A DNA stretch of 64,000 nucleotides from Pseudomonadota bacterium. Its GTDB lineage: Bacteria > Pseudomonadota > Alphaproteobacteria > Rhizobiales > Phreatobacteraceae. The stretch covers positions 168,043 through 232,042 of the forward strand of contig JAIUOO010000003.1 in assembly GCA_020161695.1 (NCBI GenBank), read 5' to 3'. The notes below the pieces were generated by a model. That model saw only the letters and a list, made by a program, of their open reading frames with translations. It had not been told where the DNA came from and did not search any database. Both the position numbers and the translations under genes were made by a program. The stretch's first letter is position 1, and each line of letters opens with the position of its first letter. Below, piece after piece: positions 38,819-48,714 of the stretch.

Positions 38819-40054
38819 ATGAGCCTGCTCGAAGCCATCCGCGAAGCCCTCTCGGCGCTGCGCGCGCACAAGCTGCGCTCGGCGCTGACCATGCTCGGCA
38901 TGGTGATCGGCGTCGCGGCGGTCATCGCCATGGTCGCCATCGGCGGCGGCGCGCGCGAGCGGGTGCTGAGCCAGGTCAAGTCGCTGGGCGCCAACCTGTT
39001 CATCATCCTGCCGGGCAATGTCACCCAGGGCGGCGTGCGCCTCGGTCTCGGCGCCTCCTCCTCGCTCACCGAGGACGACGCCCGCGCCATCGAGGCGGAA
39101 ATCCCCGCCGTGCAAGTCACCGCCCCGAACAGCCGCACGCGCACGCAGCTCGTCGCCGGCGGCAACAACTGGTTCACCGAGGTCGTCGGCGTCGATCTCG
39201 GCTGGTTCGAGGCGCGCGAATGGACCAACGCCACCGGCCGCCTGTTCGAGCCGGAGGAGATCCAGCGCGGCGCGCAGGTGGTGATCCTCGGCCAGACGGT
39301 GGCCCGCAACCTGTTCGGCGAGGGCGTCGATCCCATCGGCGAGACCGTGCGCATCCGTGCCGTGCCCTTCCGCGTCATCGGCGTCATGGAGGCCAAGGGC
39401 CAGTCGATGATCGGGCAGGACCAGGACGACACGAATTTCGTGCCGCTGGCCGCCGCCCGCCAGCGCCTCGTCGGCGTCAACCGCGCCAATGCCCGCGCGG
39501 TCGGCACCATCCACGTCAAGATCCGCGAAGGCGAGAGCATGGCGCAGGCGGAGGACGAGATGCGCCAGCTGCTGCGCCAGCGCCACCGCCTCCAGCCGGG
39601 GCAGGAAGACGACTTCCAGATCCGCAACCTCACCGAGATCGCCAACACCGCGGCCGGCGCGGCCACCACCCTGTCGCTGCTGCTCGCGGCGGTCGCGGCC
39701 ATTTCGCTCGCGGTCGGCGGCATCGGCATCATGAACATCATGCTGGTCAGCGTCACCGAGCGAACCCGCGAGATCGGCCTCCGGCTGGCGGTCGGCGCCC
39801 GCCGCCGCGACGTCATGCGCCAGTTCCTGATCGAGGCGACCTCGCTTGCAGCCATCGGCGGCATCGTCGGCATCGCGACCGGCCTCGGCGCGGCGCTCGC
39901 CATTTCCACGCGCCTCGGCTGGCCGCTGCTGGTGGAGCCGCAGGCCGTCATCGGCGCGGTGCTGTTCTCCGGCCTGATCGGCGTCTTCTTCGGCTGGTAT
40001 CCGGCCAAGCGCGCCAGCCTGCTCGACCCGATCACCGCGCTCCGGACGGTGTAG
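38819..40054 (+). CDS. MacB/FtsX-type ABC transporter permease
   Basis: MSLLEAIREALSALRAHKLRSALTMLGMVIGVAAVIAMV, a periplasmic domain, then a C-terminal FtsX region (GIMNIMLVSVTERTREIGLRLAVGARRRDV). Confidence 0.85.
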   Translation: MSLLEAIREALSALRAHKLRSALTMLGMVIGVAAVIAMVAIGGGARERVLSQVKSLGANLFIILPGNVTQGGVRLGLGASSSLTEDDARAIEAEIPAVQVTAPNSRTRTQLVAGGNNWFTEVVGVDLGWFEAREWTNATGRLFEPEEIQRGAQVVILGQTVARNLFGEGVDPIGETVRIRAVPFRVIGVMEAKGQSMIGQDQDDTNFVPLAAARQRLVGVNRANARAVGTIHVKIREGESMAQAEDEMRQLLRQRHRLQPGQEDDFQIRNLTEIANTAAGAATTLSLLLAAVAAISLAVGGIGIMNIMLVSVTERTREIGLRLAVGARRRDVMRQFLIEATSLAAIGGIVGIATGLGAALAISTRLGWPLLVEPQAVIGAVLFSGLIGVFFGWYPAKRASLLDPITALRTV

Positions 40055-40072
40055 GCCCCGCTGCGCCCGTCA

Positions 40073-41095
40073 TCACGCCGCCAGATCGACCGTCGCCCCG
40101 GATCGCGCGCTCCTGGCGATCGCGTCGAGCGTCAAGGCGATATCGACCGACTGTTCCGGCGTGGCGCCGGTCCAGCGCGACGGGCCCTCCAGGATCATGT
40201 CCCGGAACGATTCGGCCTCGGCGAGGAAGCCGTTTCCGCCGGCAACCTCGATGGTCTCGACCGGGATGCCGAGCGTCGTGCCGCGCCGGATCGAAAGCAC
40301 CGGCGGGCCGCCCATGGGCGGATGGTTGAGATAGGTCGTCTCGATCCAGCCGGCATCGCCGGCGATCAGCGCATGCCGATGAAACGCCGTCGCGAAGCTG
40401 CTCGATATCTGGGCGAGCGCGCCGCTCGGGAAGACGAGGGTGGCCGCGACGCTGAGATCGACGCCCGTCTCGCCCCACGCGGCCATCGCATGGGCGCGCG
40501 CCGGCCGTTCGCCGGCGGCGAGCAGCGCAAGGCTCACCGAATAGCTGCCCGCATCGAGCAGCGAGCCGCCGCCGACATCCGGGATCAGGCGGATATTGGC
40601 CGGATCGGAAAAGGCGACGCCGAAGCTCGACCGGATCAGCCTGACCTTGCCGATCGCGCCCTCGGCCAGCAGCTCCCGCAGCTTCAGCGTCTGCGGCTGG
40701 GCGCGATAGGGATAGGCCTCGACCAGATGGCGGCCCGCCTTGGTCGCCGCCGCGAACATCGCGCGCACCTCGCCGACATTCATCGCGAGCGGCTTCTCGC
40801 AGAGCACATGCTTGCCGGCTTCCAGCGCGCGGATCGACCATTCGGCATGCAGCGAGTTCGGCAGCGGATTGTAGATCGCGTCGATCTCGGGATCGGCGAG
40901 CAGGGCCTCGTAGGAACCGACGGAACGGGGAATGTCGCATTCCCTGGCGAAGGCCTCAGCCTTGCCGGTGTCGCGGCTCGCCACCGCCGCGACGGTCACG
41001 ACCTTCGAGGGAGCCACGCCCGCCGTGAAGGCCCGGGCGATGTTGGCGGCCCCGAGGATGCCCAGCCGCAGCGGGCGGGATGCCAGATCGTTCAT
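40073..41095 (-). CDS. Gfo/Idh/MocA-family oxidoreductase
   Basis: Start MNDLASRPLRLGILGAANIARAF and the EKPLA motif (VLCEKPLAMN). Confidence 0.85.
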   Translation of the reverse strand: MNDLASRPLRLGILGAANIARAFTAGVAPSKVVTVAAVASRDTGKAEAFARECDIPRSVGSYEALLADPEIDAIYNPLPNSLHAEWSIRALEAGKHVLCEKPLAMNVGEVRAMFAAATKAGRHLVEAYPYRAQPQTLKLRELLAEGAIGKVRLIRSSFGVAFSDPANIRLIPDVGGGSLLDAGSYSVSLALLAAGERPARAHAMAAWGETGVDLSVAATLVFPSGALAQISSSFATAFHRHALIAGDAGWIETTYLNHPPMGGPPVLSIRRGTTLGIPVETIEVAGGNGFLAEAESFRDMILEGPSRWTGATPEQSVDIALTLDAIARSARSGATVDLAA

Positions 41096-41124
41096 CGCAT
41101 TGTCCTTCCCTGCGCCACGCCGGC

Positions 41125-41958
41125 CTAGACGATCTTGCCCTGCGCGCGCCAGATCGCGGCGTTGAGTTCGCCGCCCCACACGAAGATGGCGGCCGTGTAG
41201 TAGAGGAAGACCAGTGCCACCATGACCGAGGCGAGGCCCGCATAGGTGTTGACGTAGTTCTGCGCGAAGCTCGCGAGATAGCTGCCGAACAGCGTGCCGC
41301 CGATCAGCCAGAGCAGCATGGTCACGACGATGCCCGGCAGCACGTCCTGGAAGCGGCGGCGCCCCGCCGGCAGGAACAGGTGGACGATGGTCAGCGCGAT
41401 GGCGATGACCACCGAGGCGATCACGACGCGCGCGAACAGCACCACCCAGCCGAAGGGGCCGAGCCAGGGCACCAGCCTGACCGCGGTCGCCCAGATCAGC
41501 GGGCCGAACACCACCAGAACCGCGATGAGCAGCAGGGCGGCCGCGCCGATCACCACATAGGCGATGGATTCGATGCGGCAGATGTACCACCACTGCGTCT
41601 CCTTCACCTCGTAGGCGCGGTTGAGCGCCGTGCGCAGCGCCTCGATGCCGTTGGAGGCGAAATAGACCGACAGGAACACGCCGACGGTCAGCAGGTCGGT
41701 GCGGAAAGTGGTCAGCACCGTGTGGATTTCGTGCGCGATGGGCCGCGCCACCACTTCCGGCCAGGCCTCCAGCAGGATGCGCGTGACCTCGTCAGCATAG
41801 GATTTCGAGCCGAGGAAGCCGGCGAGCGCGGTGACGACGATGAGGAAGGGGAACAGCGACATCAGCCCGTTCAGGGCGATATGGCTGGCGATGGCCCAGC
41901 CGTCGTCGGCGAGGAAGCGTTCCGTGGCGTCCCAGACGACGCGCGCTGCCTTCAGCAT
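41125..41958 (-). CDS. YihY/BrkB-family membrane protein
   Basis: Start MLKAARVVWDATERFLADDGWAIASHIALNGLMSLFPFLIV, with multiple TM segments. Confidence 0.8.
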   Translation of the reverse strand: MLKAARVVWDATERFLADDGWAIASHIALNGLMSLFPFLIVVTALAGFLGSKSYADEVTRILLEAWPEVVARPIAHEIHTVLTTFRTDLLTVGVFLSVYFASNGIEALRTALNRAYEVKETQWWYICRIESIAYVVIGAAALLLIAVLVVFGPLIWATAVRLVPWLGPFGWVVLFARVVIASVVIAIALTIVHLFLPAGRRRFQDVLPGIVVTMLLWLIGGTLFGSYLASFAQNYVNTYAGLASVMVALVFLYYTAAIFVWGGELNAAIWRAQGKIV

Positions 41959-42062
41959 GAATTTCCTTCCGATCTGCCCATCGCGACTGTTGCGGGAAAC
42001 GCCGCCGGCCTGCAAGCGTTCCACGGGATGGCCGGTTTGACGCATGGGGCCCGAGCCGCCAT

Positions 42063-42971
42063 ATGCGGGCCATGACCGCGCCGCGCCATTTCGACCGGGA
42101 GCTGATGGGCCTGCGACGCCTGCGGGCGGCGCGCGCCGAGCCGGCCGACTTCCTGCTGCGCCACGTGGCGGAGGATCTCGCCGACCGGCTCGACCTCGTC
42201 CAGCGCGATTTCCGCGCCATCGTCGACCTCGCCACCCCGACCGATGCGGTACGCACGGCGCTCGCCGGCCGCGGCCGCCCCATGCCCGTCGGCACCGAGG
42301 CGGTGGCCGCCCTTGGCGACAGGCGCGCCGCGCCTGTCGTCGTCGCCCATGCCGACATGCTGCCTTTCGCAGCCGGCAGCCTTGACCTCGTCGTCTCGGG
42401 TCTTGCGCTACAACTGGTCGACGACCTGCCCGGCGTCTTCGTGCAGGTCCGCCGCGCCCTGAAGCCCGACGGCCTGTTCCTCGCCGCCATGCTCGGCGGC
42501 GACACGCTGACCGAGTTGCGTCAGTCCTTCGCCGAGGCGGAGAGCGAGATCGACGGCGGCCTGTCGCCGCGCGTCGCCCCCTTCGCCGACGTCCGCGACA
42601 TCGGCGGACTGCTGCAGCGCGCCGGCTTTGCACTGCCCGTCACCGATTCCGACCGCCTGACCGTGCGCTACGCGGATGTCTTCGCGCTGATGCGCGACCT
42701 GCGCGCCATGGGCGCGACCAACCCGCTCGCCGACCGCATCCGCCGGCCGCTGAAGCGCGCGACGCTGCTGCGCATGGCGGCGATCTACCACGAGCGCTTC
42801 GCCGACCCGGACGGGCGCATCCGCGCGACGTTCCAGATCGTCACTCTGTCCGGCTGGGCCCCGCACGAGAGCCAGCAGCAGCCGCTGAAGCCCGGCTCCG
42901 CCAAGGCCCGCCTCGCCGACGCCCTGAAGGCGGTCGAGCTTCCCACCGGCGAGAAGCCCTCCGGTGCCTGA
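42063..42971 (+). CDS. Class I SAM-dependent methyltransferase
   Basis: 302 aa. Contains LPFAAGSLDLVVSGLALQLVDDLPGVFVQVRRALKPDGLFLA. Start at 42063 or 42072. Confidence 0.72.
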   Translation: MRAMTAPRHFDRELMGLRRLRAARAEPADFLLRHVAEDLADRLDLVQRDFRAIVDLATPTDAVRTALAGRGRPMPVGTEAVAALGDRRAAPVVVAHADMLPFAAGSLDLVVSGLALQLVDDLPGVFVQVRRALKPDGLFLAAMLGGDTLTELRQSFAEAESEIDGGLSPRVAPFADVRDIGGLLQRAGFALPVTDSDRLTVRYADVFALMRDLRAMGATNPLADRIRRPLKRATLLRMAAIYHERFADPDGRIRATFQIVTLSGWAPHESQQQPLKPGSAKARLADALKAVELPTGEKPSGA

Positions 42972-43103
42972 CCGGCTCGGCAGGGCACAGTCGCCGGGCC
43001 TTTGCCGGGCGCGCGCGGCGCCGTCCGAAAACCGGTTCCCACGTGTCGGGATCATGCTCTAGTCTCAACCCCTCCAGTCTTCGCATTCTCGGGAAACGCT
43101 TCC

Positions 43104-43610
43104 ATGGACATGACCGGCACGCAGCGCATCGAGGCCCCGCGCGAAGTGGTCTGGGCGGCTCTCAACGACCCCGACGTGCTGAAGCAGTGCATTCCCGGCT
43201 GCCAGAGCATGGAGCGCGTCGGCGACAACGGTTTCGCCGCCAAGGCGGTGCTGAAGATCGGCCCGGTAAAGGCGAGCTTCTCCGGCAATGTCACGCTCTC
43301 CGACATCGACCCGCCGAACGGCTACACGATCTCGGGCGAGGGCAATGGCGGCGTTGCCGGCATGGCCAAGGGCGGCGCGACCGTGAAGCTCGCCTCCGAA
43401 AGCGACGACGTCACCATCCTCACCTACGACGTGAAGAGCCAGATTTCCGGCAAGATCGCCCAGCTCGGCTCGCGCCTGATCGACGCCACCGCGAAGAAGC
43501 TCGCGGGCGAGTTCTTCGAGAGCTTCGGCAAGGTCGTCGCCCCGCCGCCACCCGGCACCGAGATGCCGGAAGAGAAGAAGAAGTGGTGGAAGTTCGGGAA
43601 GAAGGGCTGA
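43104..43610 (+). CDS. SRPBCC-fold protein, CoxG-like
   Basis: MDMTGTQRIEAPREVVWAALNDPDVLKQCIPGCQSME...VKASFSGNVTLSD is the typical CoxG pattern. Lys-rich tail. Confidence 0.8.
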   Translation: MDMTGTQRIEAPREVVWAALNDPDVLKQCIPGCQSMERVGDNGFAAKAVLKIGPVKASFSGNVTLSDIDPPNGYTISGEGNGGVAGMAKGGATVKLASESDDVTILTYDVKSQISGKIAQLGSRLIDATAKKLAGEFFESFGKVVAPPPPGTEMPEEKKKWWKFGKKG

Positions 43611-43661
43611 CGCGTTCCGGCTGGCCGAGCGCAAACCGCTGGAGCGATTGCACGACCTTGT

Positions 43662-43692
43662 CGTCATGCCCGGCCCTGTGCCGAGCATGACG
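43662..43692. repeat. REP-like palindromic unit (short copy)
   Basis: CGTCATGCCCGGCCCTGTGCCGAGCATGACG, located between convergent genes (CoxG-like and DUF1801). Confidence 0.75.
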
Positions 43693-43723
43693 GAACCACC
43701 TTCCGGAACTCAGCCCGCGAGCC

Positions 43724-44158
43724 TCACATCTTCTCGCCGGGCAGGCGGCTCGCCTGCCGCACCCAGTCGATGATCTGCGCCTCATCCGGCGCGTCGCCCT
43801 CGTGGATGTGGAAGTAGCGCACATGCGCCTGCTTCGAGGCGACGGGCGGCACCGGATCGAGCTCCGCGCCGCGGAAAAAGGCCACTTTCACATATCTGGT
43901 CAGGCAGTGGACGCCGAGGAACCAGCGCCCCTCCTCCACGCCGTAGAGCGGCGAGTTCCATTTCACCGCCTTGCGCACGCCCGGCACCGCCTGCGTGATC
44001 AGCGCATCGAGGCGCTGCCCGACATCCCGCTTCCAGCCCGGCATGGCCGCGATATAGGCCTGCACGGGCTCGTCGCCGTAGCCCTTGGCGATCTGCGGAT
44101 TGCCGCCGGCGAGCAGAACCGGCGCATCGGCCTCGGCCGCCATCGCCTTCCCCGTCAT
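43724..44158 (-). CDS. DUF1801 (YdhG-like) domain protein
   Basis: PGVRKAVKWNSPLYGVEEGRWFLGVHCLTRYVKVAFFRG pattern. Confidence 0.7.
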   Translation of the reverse strand: MTGKAMAAEADAPVLLAGGNPQIAKGYGDEPVQAYIAAMPGWKRDVGQRLDALITQAVPGVRKAVKWNSPLYGVEEGRWFLGVHCLTRYVKVAFFRGAELDPVPPVASKQAHVRYFHIHEGDAPDEAQIIDWVRQASRLPGEKM

Positions 44159-44205
44159 GTCATGGCTCCCTTGAACTGACCGGCCTTGAAGCATCGGCGC
44201 CGAAT

Positions 44206-44622
44206 CTAGTCGGCCCGCCGCTCGATGGCCTCCATATCATCGTCCGACAGGCCGAAATGATGGCCGATCTCGTGGACGAGGACATGGGCGATGACTGCGC
44301 CGAGCGTCTCGTCGTGCTCCGCCCAGTAGTCGAGGATCGGCCGGCGGTAGAGCCAGATCATATTGGGCATGACGCCGGACGACTGCACCGACTGGAACGG
44401 CATGCCGATGCCCTGGAACAGGCCGAGCAGGTCGAAATCGGTCTCCGCCTCCATCTCCTTCAGCACCTCCTCCGTCGGGAAATCCTCGACCCGGATGACA
44501 AGGTCCTTGCAGAGCGCGCGGAAATCCTCCGGCAGGCCCTCGTAGGCCTTGTGCGCAATGGCCTCGAACGCGTCGAGATCGGGCGCCTTGAGGGCGGCGA
44601 GGTCGTCGTTGGTGATGGGCAT
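44206..44622 (-). CDS. Minimal zincin-type metallopeptidase-family protein
   Basis: 138 aa with HExxH (VLVHEIGHHFGLSDDDM). Confidence 0.75.
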   Translation of the reverse strand: MPITNDDLAALKAPDLDAFEAIAHKAYEGLPEDFRALCKDLVIRVEDFPTEEVLKEMEAETDFDLLGLFQGIGMPFQSVQSSGVMPNMIWLYRRPILDYWAEHDETLGAVIAHVLVHEIGHHFGLSDDDMEAIERRAD

Positions 44623-44627
44623 CGGCT

Positions 44628-44879
44628 TCAGCGCATGTAGGTGAAATAGAGATAGATCAGGCAGCCGATGCCCACGGCAACCGACAGGATGCGGCCGACC
44701 CGCTTGCCCCAGATCTCCGCCGGATCCGTGCTCTCGCCGCGCGCCGCAAAGAAATCCGCGCCGCGCTGCATCGCGGAATCGAGGATCGGCGCGGAATCCT
44801 GATGCACGCGGCGAAGCGCGCTTTCCGCCTCGTCCTGCCGCCGCCGGTCGTCCTCGGGTCGGTTGTCACGTCCACTCAT
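44628..44879 (-). CDS. Small membrane-anchored hypothetical protein (83 aa)
   Basis: C-terminal TM segment ILSVAVGIGCLIYLYFTY. Lies 5 nt upstream of the metallopeptidase gene. Confidence 0.5.
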   Translation of the reverse strand: MSGRDNRPEDDRRRQDEAESALRRVHQDSAPILDSAMQRGADFFAARGESTDPAEIWGKRVGRILSVAVGIGCLIYLYFTYMR

Positions 44880-45007
44880 GGCGCGACCTTAGGCCATTTG
44901 CGCTCCCGGCGTCAGGCCCGCCGCCGTCGCAGCCGCGCCGGCGGCCGGCCGTCAACCGATTGGTCACCATGATCTGCGAGGATGGCGGCCTGTACCGGAG
45001 TATCGCG

Positions 45008-45235
45008 ATGACCCGCACGCTGGCCGCCGCCCTTCTGACGCTCGCGCTGCCCGCGGGCGAAGCGATCGCGACGCCGTTCTGGTTCGGCTGGTTCGGCCAT
45101 GACCGCCCGGTGGTCTATCGCCCGGTCGTGACGCCCGAGACCTTCTACTTCCAGCCCGCGCCGCATGCCCGCGCGGCGCCTGTGGAGCGGCACCGCAGCC
45201 GCCATTGCCGGGTGGTCGAGCGCCGCTGCCGCTGA
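45008..45235 (+). CDS. Small secreted hypothetical protein (75 aa)
   Basis: Signal-like MTRTLAAALLTLALPAGEA. High third-position GC. No family recognised. Confidence 0.45.
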   Translation: MTRTLAAALLTLALPAGEAIATPFWFGWFGHDRPVVYRPVVTPETFYFQPAPHARAAPVERHRSRHCRVVERRCR

Positions 45236-45255
45236 CTTCGCCGACGGAACCTCAT

Positions 45256-45280
45256 CACCTCTCCCCGGCGGGGAGAGGTG
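45256..45280. repeat. Perfect 11-bp-stem palindrome
   Basis: CACCTCTCCCC-ggc-GGGGAGAGGTG, 21 nt after the stop of the small ORF 45008..45235. No U-tract follows. Confidence 0.7.
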
Positions 45281-45398
45281 CGACGGCGTCACCGCTTCCA
45301 AAGCTATGAACCAGCTTTGAGCATCGCAATTCATACCAAGACACGAAGCGGACGAACCTCGAAGGACGCACTTCAGTCGTGCAGGGCAATACCCGTCC

Positions 45399-46448
45399 TC
45401 AGGCCTCCTCCAGCCCGACAATGGCCCGCGCGAAGTCGCGCGCGGCGAAGGGCTCCAGATCGTCAACGCCCTCGCCAACGCCGATGAAGTGAACCGGCAG
45501 GCCGGTCTTGGCCGCGACCGCGACGAGGATGCCGCCGCGCGCCGTGCCGTCGAGCTTGGTCATGACGAGGCCGGTGACGCCGGCGGTCTTGCCGAAGGCC
45601 TCGACCTGCGTCAGCGCGTTCTGCCCGGTGGTGGCATCGAGCACCAGCAGCACCGCATGGGGCGCGGTCGCATCGACCTTGCGCATGACGCGCACGACCT
45701 TCTCGAGTTCGGCCATCAGCTCGGCCTTGTTCTGCAGCCGGCCGGCCGTATCGAGAATGACGATGTCGCGCGCCTCCTCCTGCGCCTGTTTCAGCGCATC
45801 GAAGGCAAGGCCCGACGAATCCGATCCCTGCGGCCGCGCGACCACCGGAGAGCCTGTCCGCTCGCCCCAGATCCTGAGCTGGTCGATGGCGGCGGCGCGG
45901 AACGTGTCGCCGGCGGCGAGCAGGACGGAGCGGCCCTCGGCACGGTATTTCTGCGCCAGTTTGCCGATGGTCGTGGTCTTGCCCGCGCCGTTGACGCCGA
46001 CGACCATGATGACGAACGGCTTGGCGCCCTCAACCGCCAGCGGCCTTGCGACCGGCGACAGGATCGCCTCGATCTCGTCCGCCAGGATGGTCCGCACCTC
46101 CTCCGGCGAGATGTCCTTGCCGAAGCGGCCCTGACCCAGCGCGCCCGCGACGCGCGCGGCCGTATCGACGCCGAGATCGGCCTGGATCAGCAGGTCCTCC
46201 AGCTCCTCAAGCGTGGAATGGTCGAGCTTGCGCTTGGTGAACAGGTCGGTGACGCCGGTGCCGAGCTTCGACGAGGTGCGTGACAGCCCCTCCTTCAGCC
46301 GCTGCCACCACTTCTTCTTCTGCGCGGCGGGCGAGGGCGCGGCTTCGACCGGAGCTGGAACCGTCGGCGCCGCCTGTTCCTCCTGCCCGAACAGCCGCTT
46401 GAAGAATCCGGGCCGTTTCGGCTCGTCGGGCTTCGGCTGGTCGGTCAT
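45399..46448 (-). CDS. ftsY: Signal recognition particle receptor FtsY
   Basis: Start [20 protein letters not shown]. GTPase motifs [21 protein letters not shown] and [10 protein letters not shown]. Confidence 0.95.
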   Translation of the reverse strand: MTDQPKPDEPKRPGFFKRLFGQEEQAAPTVPAPVEAAPSPAAQKKKWWQRLKEGLSRTSSKLGTGVTDLFTKRKLDHSTLEELEDLLIQADLGVDTAARVAGALGQGRFGKDISPEEVRTILADEIEAILSPVARPLAVEGAKPFVIMVVGVNGAGKTTTIGKLAQKYRAEGRSVLLAAGDTFRAAAIDQLRIWGERTGSPVVARPQGSDSSGLAFDALKQAQEEARDIVILDTAGRLQNKAELMAELEKVVRVMRKVDATAPHAVLLVLDATTGQNALTQVEAFGKTAGVTGLVMTKLDGTARGGILVAVAAKTGLPVHFIGVGEGVDDLEPFAARDFARAIVGLEEA

Positions 46449-46606
46449 GGGCAGGCGGTTCTCACGAAAGCGGTCGGCTGGCATTTGCGATTGTCGCAAC
46501 AAGCGCCATGTAGGCCGGATGGACCGGGTTGGCTAGGCATCGTCGCGATGGTGCCCGGTCGCGGGCGGGCTCCCGCACAGGGACAAGCTGTCGTAGAAGG
46601 GCGGCG

Positions 46607-47326
46607 ATGACATCGCCAGACCATCCTGTCCCGCCCGATCCGCTCGGCCTCATCCCGCGGCTGATCCACCGCGACGCCAGCGTGCTGATCCTCAACAAGC
46701 CCGCCGGCCTGCCCGTCCACAAGGGACCGGGCGGCGGCGAGAACCTGTCCGACCATCTCTCGGTGCTGCGCTTCGGCCTGCCGCGCGATCCCGAGCTCGC
46801 CCACCGCCTCGACAAGGACACGGCCGGCTGTCTCGTTCTCGGCCGCCACCGCCGCGCGCTGGAGCGGCTCGGCAAGCTGTTCAAGGCCAATCAGGTGGAC
46901 AAGACCTACTGGGCCGTCGTCGAAGGCGGCCCGGCGACCGGGGAAGGCGAGATCGACCTCGCCATGAGCCCGCGCGACCCGAAGCGCGGCTGGTGGATGA
47001 AGGTGGACCCGAAAGGCCAGCCGGCGCTGACGCGCTATCGGGTTCTCGGTCAGGCCGGCGGCCGGACATGGCTGGCGCTCGAACCTGTCACCGGACGCAC
47101 CCATCAGCTCCGCCTGCATTGCCAGGCCTTAGGGTTTCCGATCCTCGGCGACACGATCTACGGCACGGCGCCGCGCCATGGCGGCCCCGGCCTGCACCTG
47201 ATGGCACGCGCCATCCAAATCCCCTTCGATCCGAAACGCCCGCCGATCCACGCCGAGGCGCCGCCGCCCGATCACATGCGCGCCGGGCTCGCGGCCTGCG
47301 GCTGGACCGGGGGCGACCCATCCTGA
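46607..47326 (+). CDS. RluA-family pseudouridine synthase
   Basis: LILNKPAGLPVH and the catalytic motif HRLDKDTAGCLVL. Confidence 0.88.
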   Translation: MTSPDHPVPPDPLGLIPRLIHRDASVLILNKPAGLPVHKGPGGGENLSDHLSVLRFGLPRDPELAHRLDKDTAGCLVLGRHRRALERLGKLFKANQVDKTYWAVVEGGPATGEGEIDLAMSPRDPKRGWWMKVDPKGQPALTRYRVLGQAGGRTWLALEPVTGRTHQLRLHCQALGFPILGDTIYGTAPRHGGPGLHLMARAIQIPFDPKRPPIHAEAPPPDHMRAGLAACGWTGGDPS

Positions 47327-47453
47327 AACAGATGGCGGTGCCGGGGTCCGGTGCACAGAAACTGATACCGCCCGCCTCCGTGTTCCTTCGGACCTAAGAC
47401 GGGCTTGGACTCTCCCTCAACGGACCGGATAATCGGGGCAGAGGGAGACAACC

Positions 47454-48686
47454 ATGGCTGGGCATCACGACAAGCGCGAAACGCGCGAGCCTCAGGCGCG
47501 CGAGCGCGACTTGATGAAGCGGCTGCCGGCGGTTTTGGCGGCGGTGATGAAGGTGCCGGCCTGGAAGCGGCACCTCGGCAAGATCGACCCGCGCGCGATC
47601 AACACCCGCGAGGCGCTCGCCGCCCTGCCCATCCAGCGCAAGTCCGACCTACCCGCGCTGCAGAAGGCGAACCTGCCGTTCGGCGGCCTGATGCCCGGCA
47701 AGACCGGCTCGTTCGGCCGGCTGTTCATGTCGCCGGGCCCGATCTTCGAGCCGGAGCCCATCGGCCAGGATGTCTGGCGCGTCGCCCGCGCCATGACGGC
47801 GGCCGGCTTCCGCCGCGGCGACATCGTGCTCAACACCTTCTCCTACCACCTGACCCCGGGCGCCTGGTGCTTCGATTCCGGCGCGCGCTCGGTCGGCTGC
47901 GCGGTCATTCCCGCCGGGCCCGGCAATACGGATGCGCAGCTCGACCTGATCGAGGCCTATCGCCCGAACGCCTATTCCGGCGTGCCCGACTTCCTGAAGA
48001 TCCTGCTCGACGCCGCCAAGGAGAAGGGTCGTGACGCCTCCTCGATCCAGAAGGCGCTGGTCGGCGGCGCGGCGTTCCCGGCCTCGCTCCAGAAGGAGAT
48101 CGCCAGCCGTGGCGTCGATGCCTACCAGACCTATGCCATCGCCGAATGCGGCGTCATTGCCTACGAGACCGAGGCGCGCGAGGGGATGGTGCTGAACGAG
48201 GACATCATCCTCGAAGTGGTGCGCCCCGGCACCGGCGATCCGGTGCCGGCCGGCGAGGTCGGCGAGGTCGTCATCACAGTGCTCGACACCCACCATCCGC
48301 TGATCCGTTTCGCGGTCGGCGACCTGACCGCCGTGATGGCCGGCCCCTCCCCCTGCGGGCGCACCAACACGCGCATCAGGGGCTGGATGGGCCGCGCCGA
48401 CCAGACCGCCAAGGTGAAGGGCATGTTCGTGCGGCCCGAGCAGGTGGCGGAGGTGCTGAAGCGCCACCCCGAGATCGGCAAGGCGCGTCTCATCGTCTCG
48501 CGCAACGGCGAGGCCGACACCATGGTGCTCAAGGCAGAGACGCGCTCGCGCGCCGGCGGCTTCACGCAGGAGGTGGGCGAGACCCTTCAGGCCGTGATGA
48601 AGCTGAAGGGCGCGGTCGAGGCCGTGAAGCCCGGTTCCCTGCCCAATGACGGCAAGGTCATCGAGGACACCCGGCCGGTCGGGTGA
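47454..48686 (+). CDS. Phenylacetate-CoA ligase-like (PaaK/F390 synthetase family) adenylating enzyme
   Basis: 410 aa with overall PaaK-like architecture, including QTYAIAECGVIAYE and a C-terminal KVKG region. Confidence 0.78.
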   Translation: MAGHHDKRETREPQARERDLMKRLPAVLAAVMKVPAWKRHLGKIDPRAINTREALAALPIQRKSDLPALQKANLPFGGLMPGKTGSFGRLFMSPGPIFEPEPIGQDVWRVARAMTAAGFRRGDIVLNTFSYHLTPGAWCFDSGARSVGCAVIPAGPGNTDAQLDLIEAYRPNAYSGVPDFLKILLDAAKEKGRDASSIQKALVGGAAFPASLQKEIASRGVDAYQTYAIAECGVIAYETEAREGMVLNEDIILEVVRPGTGDPVPAGEVGEVVITVLDTHHPLIRFAVGDLTAVMAGPSPCGRTNTRIRGWMGRADQTAKVKGMFVRPEQVAEVLKRHPEIGKARLIVSRNGEADTMVLKAETRSRAGGFTQEVGETLQAVMKLKGAVEAVKPGSLPNDGKVIEDTRPVG

Positions 48687-48714
48687 GGCGGCCACGACGG
48701 GCCGCCTCCCGCCC

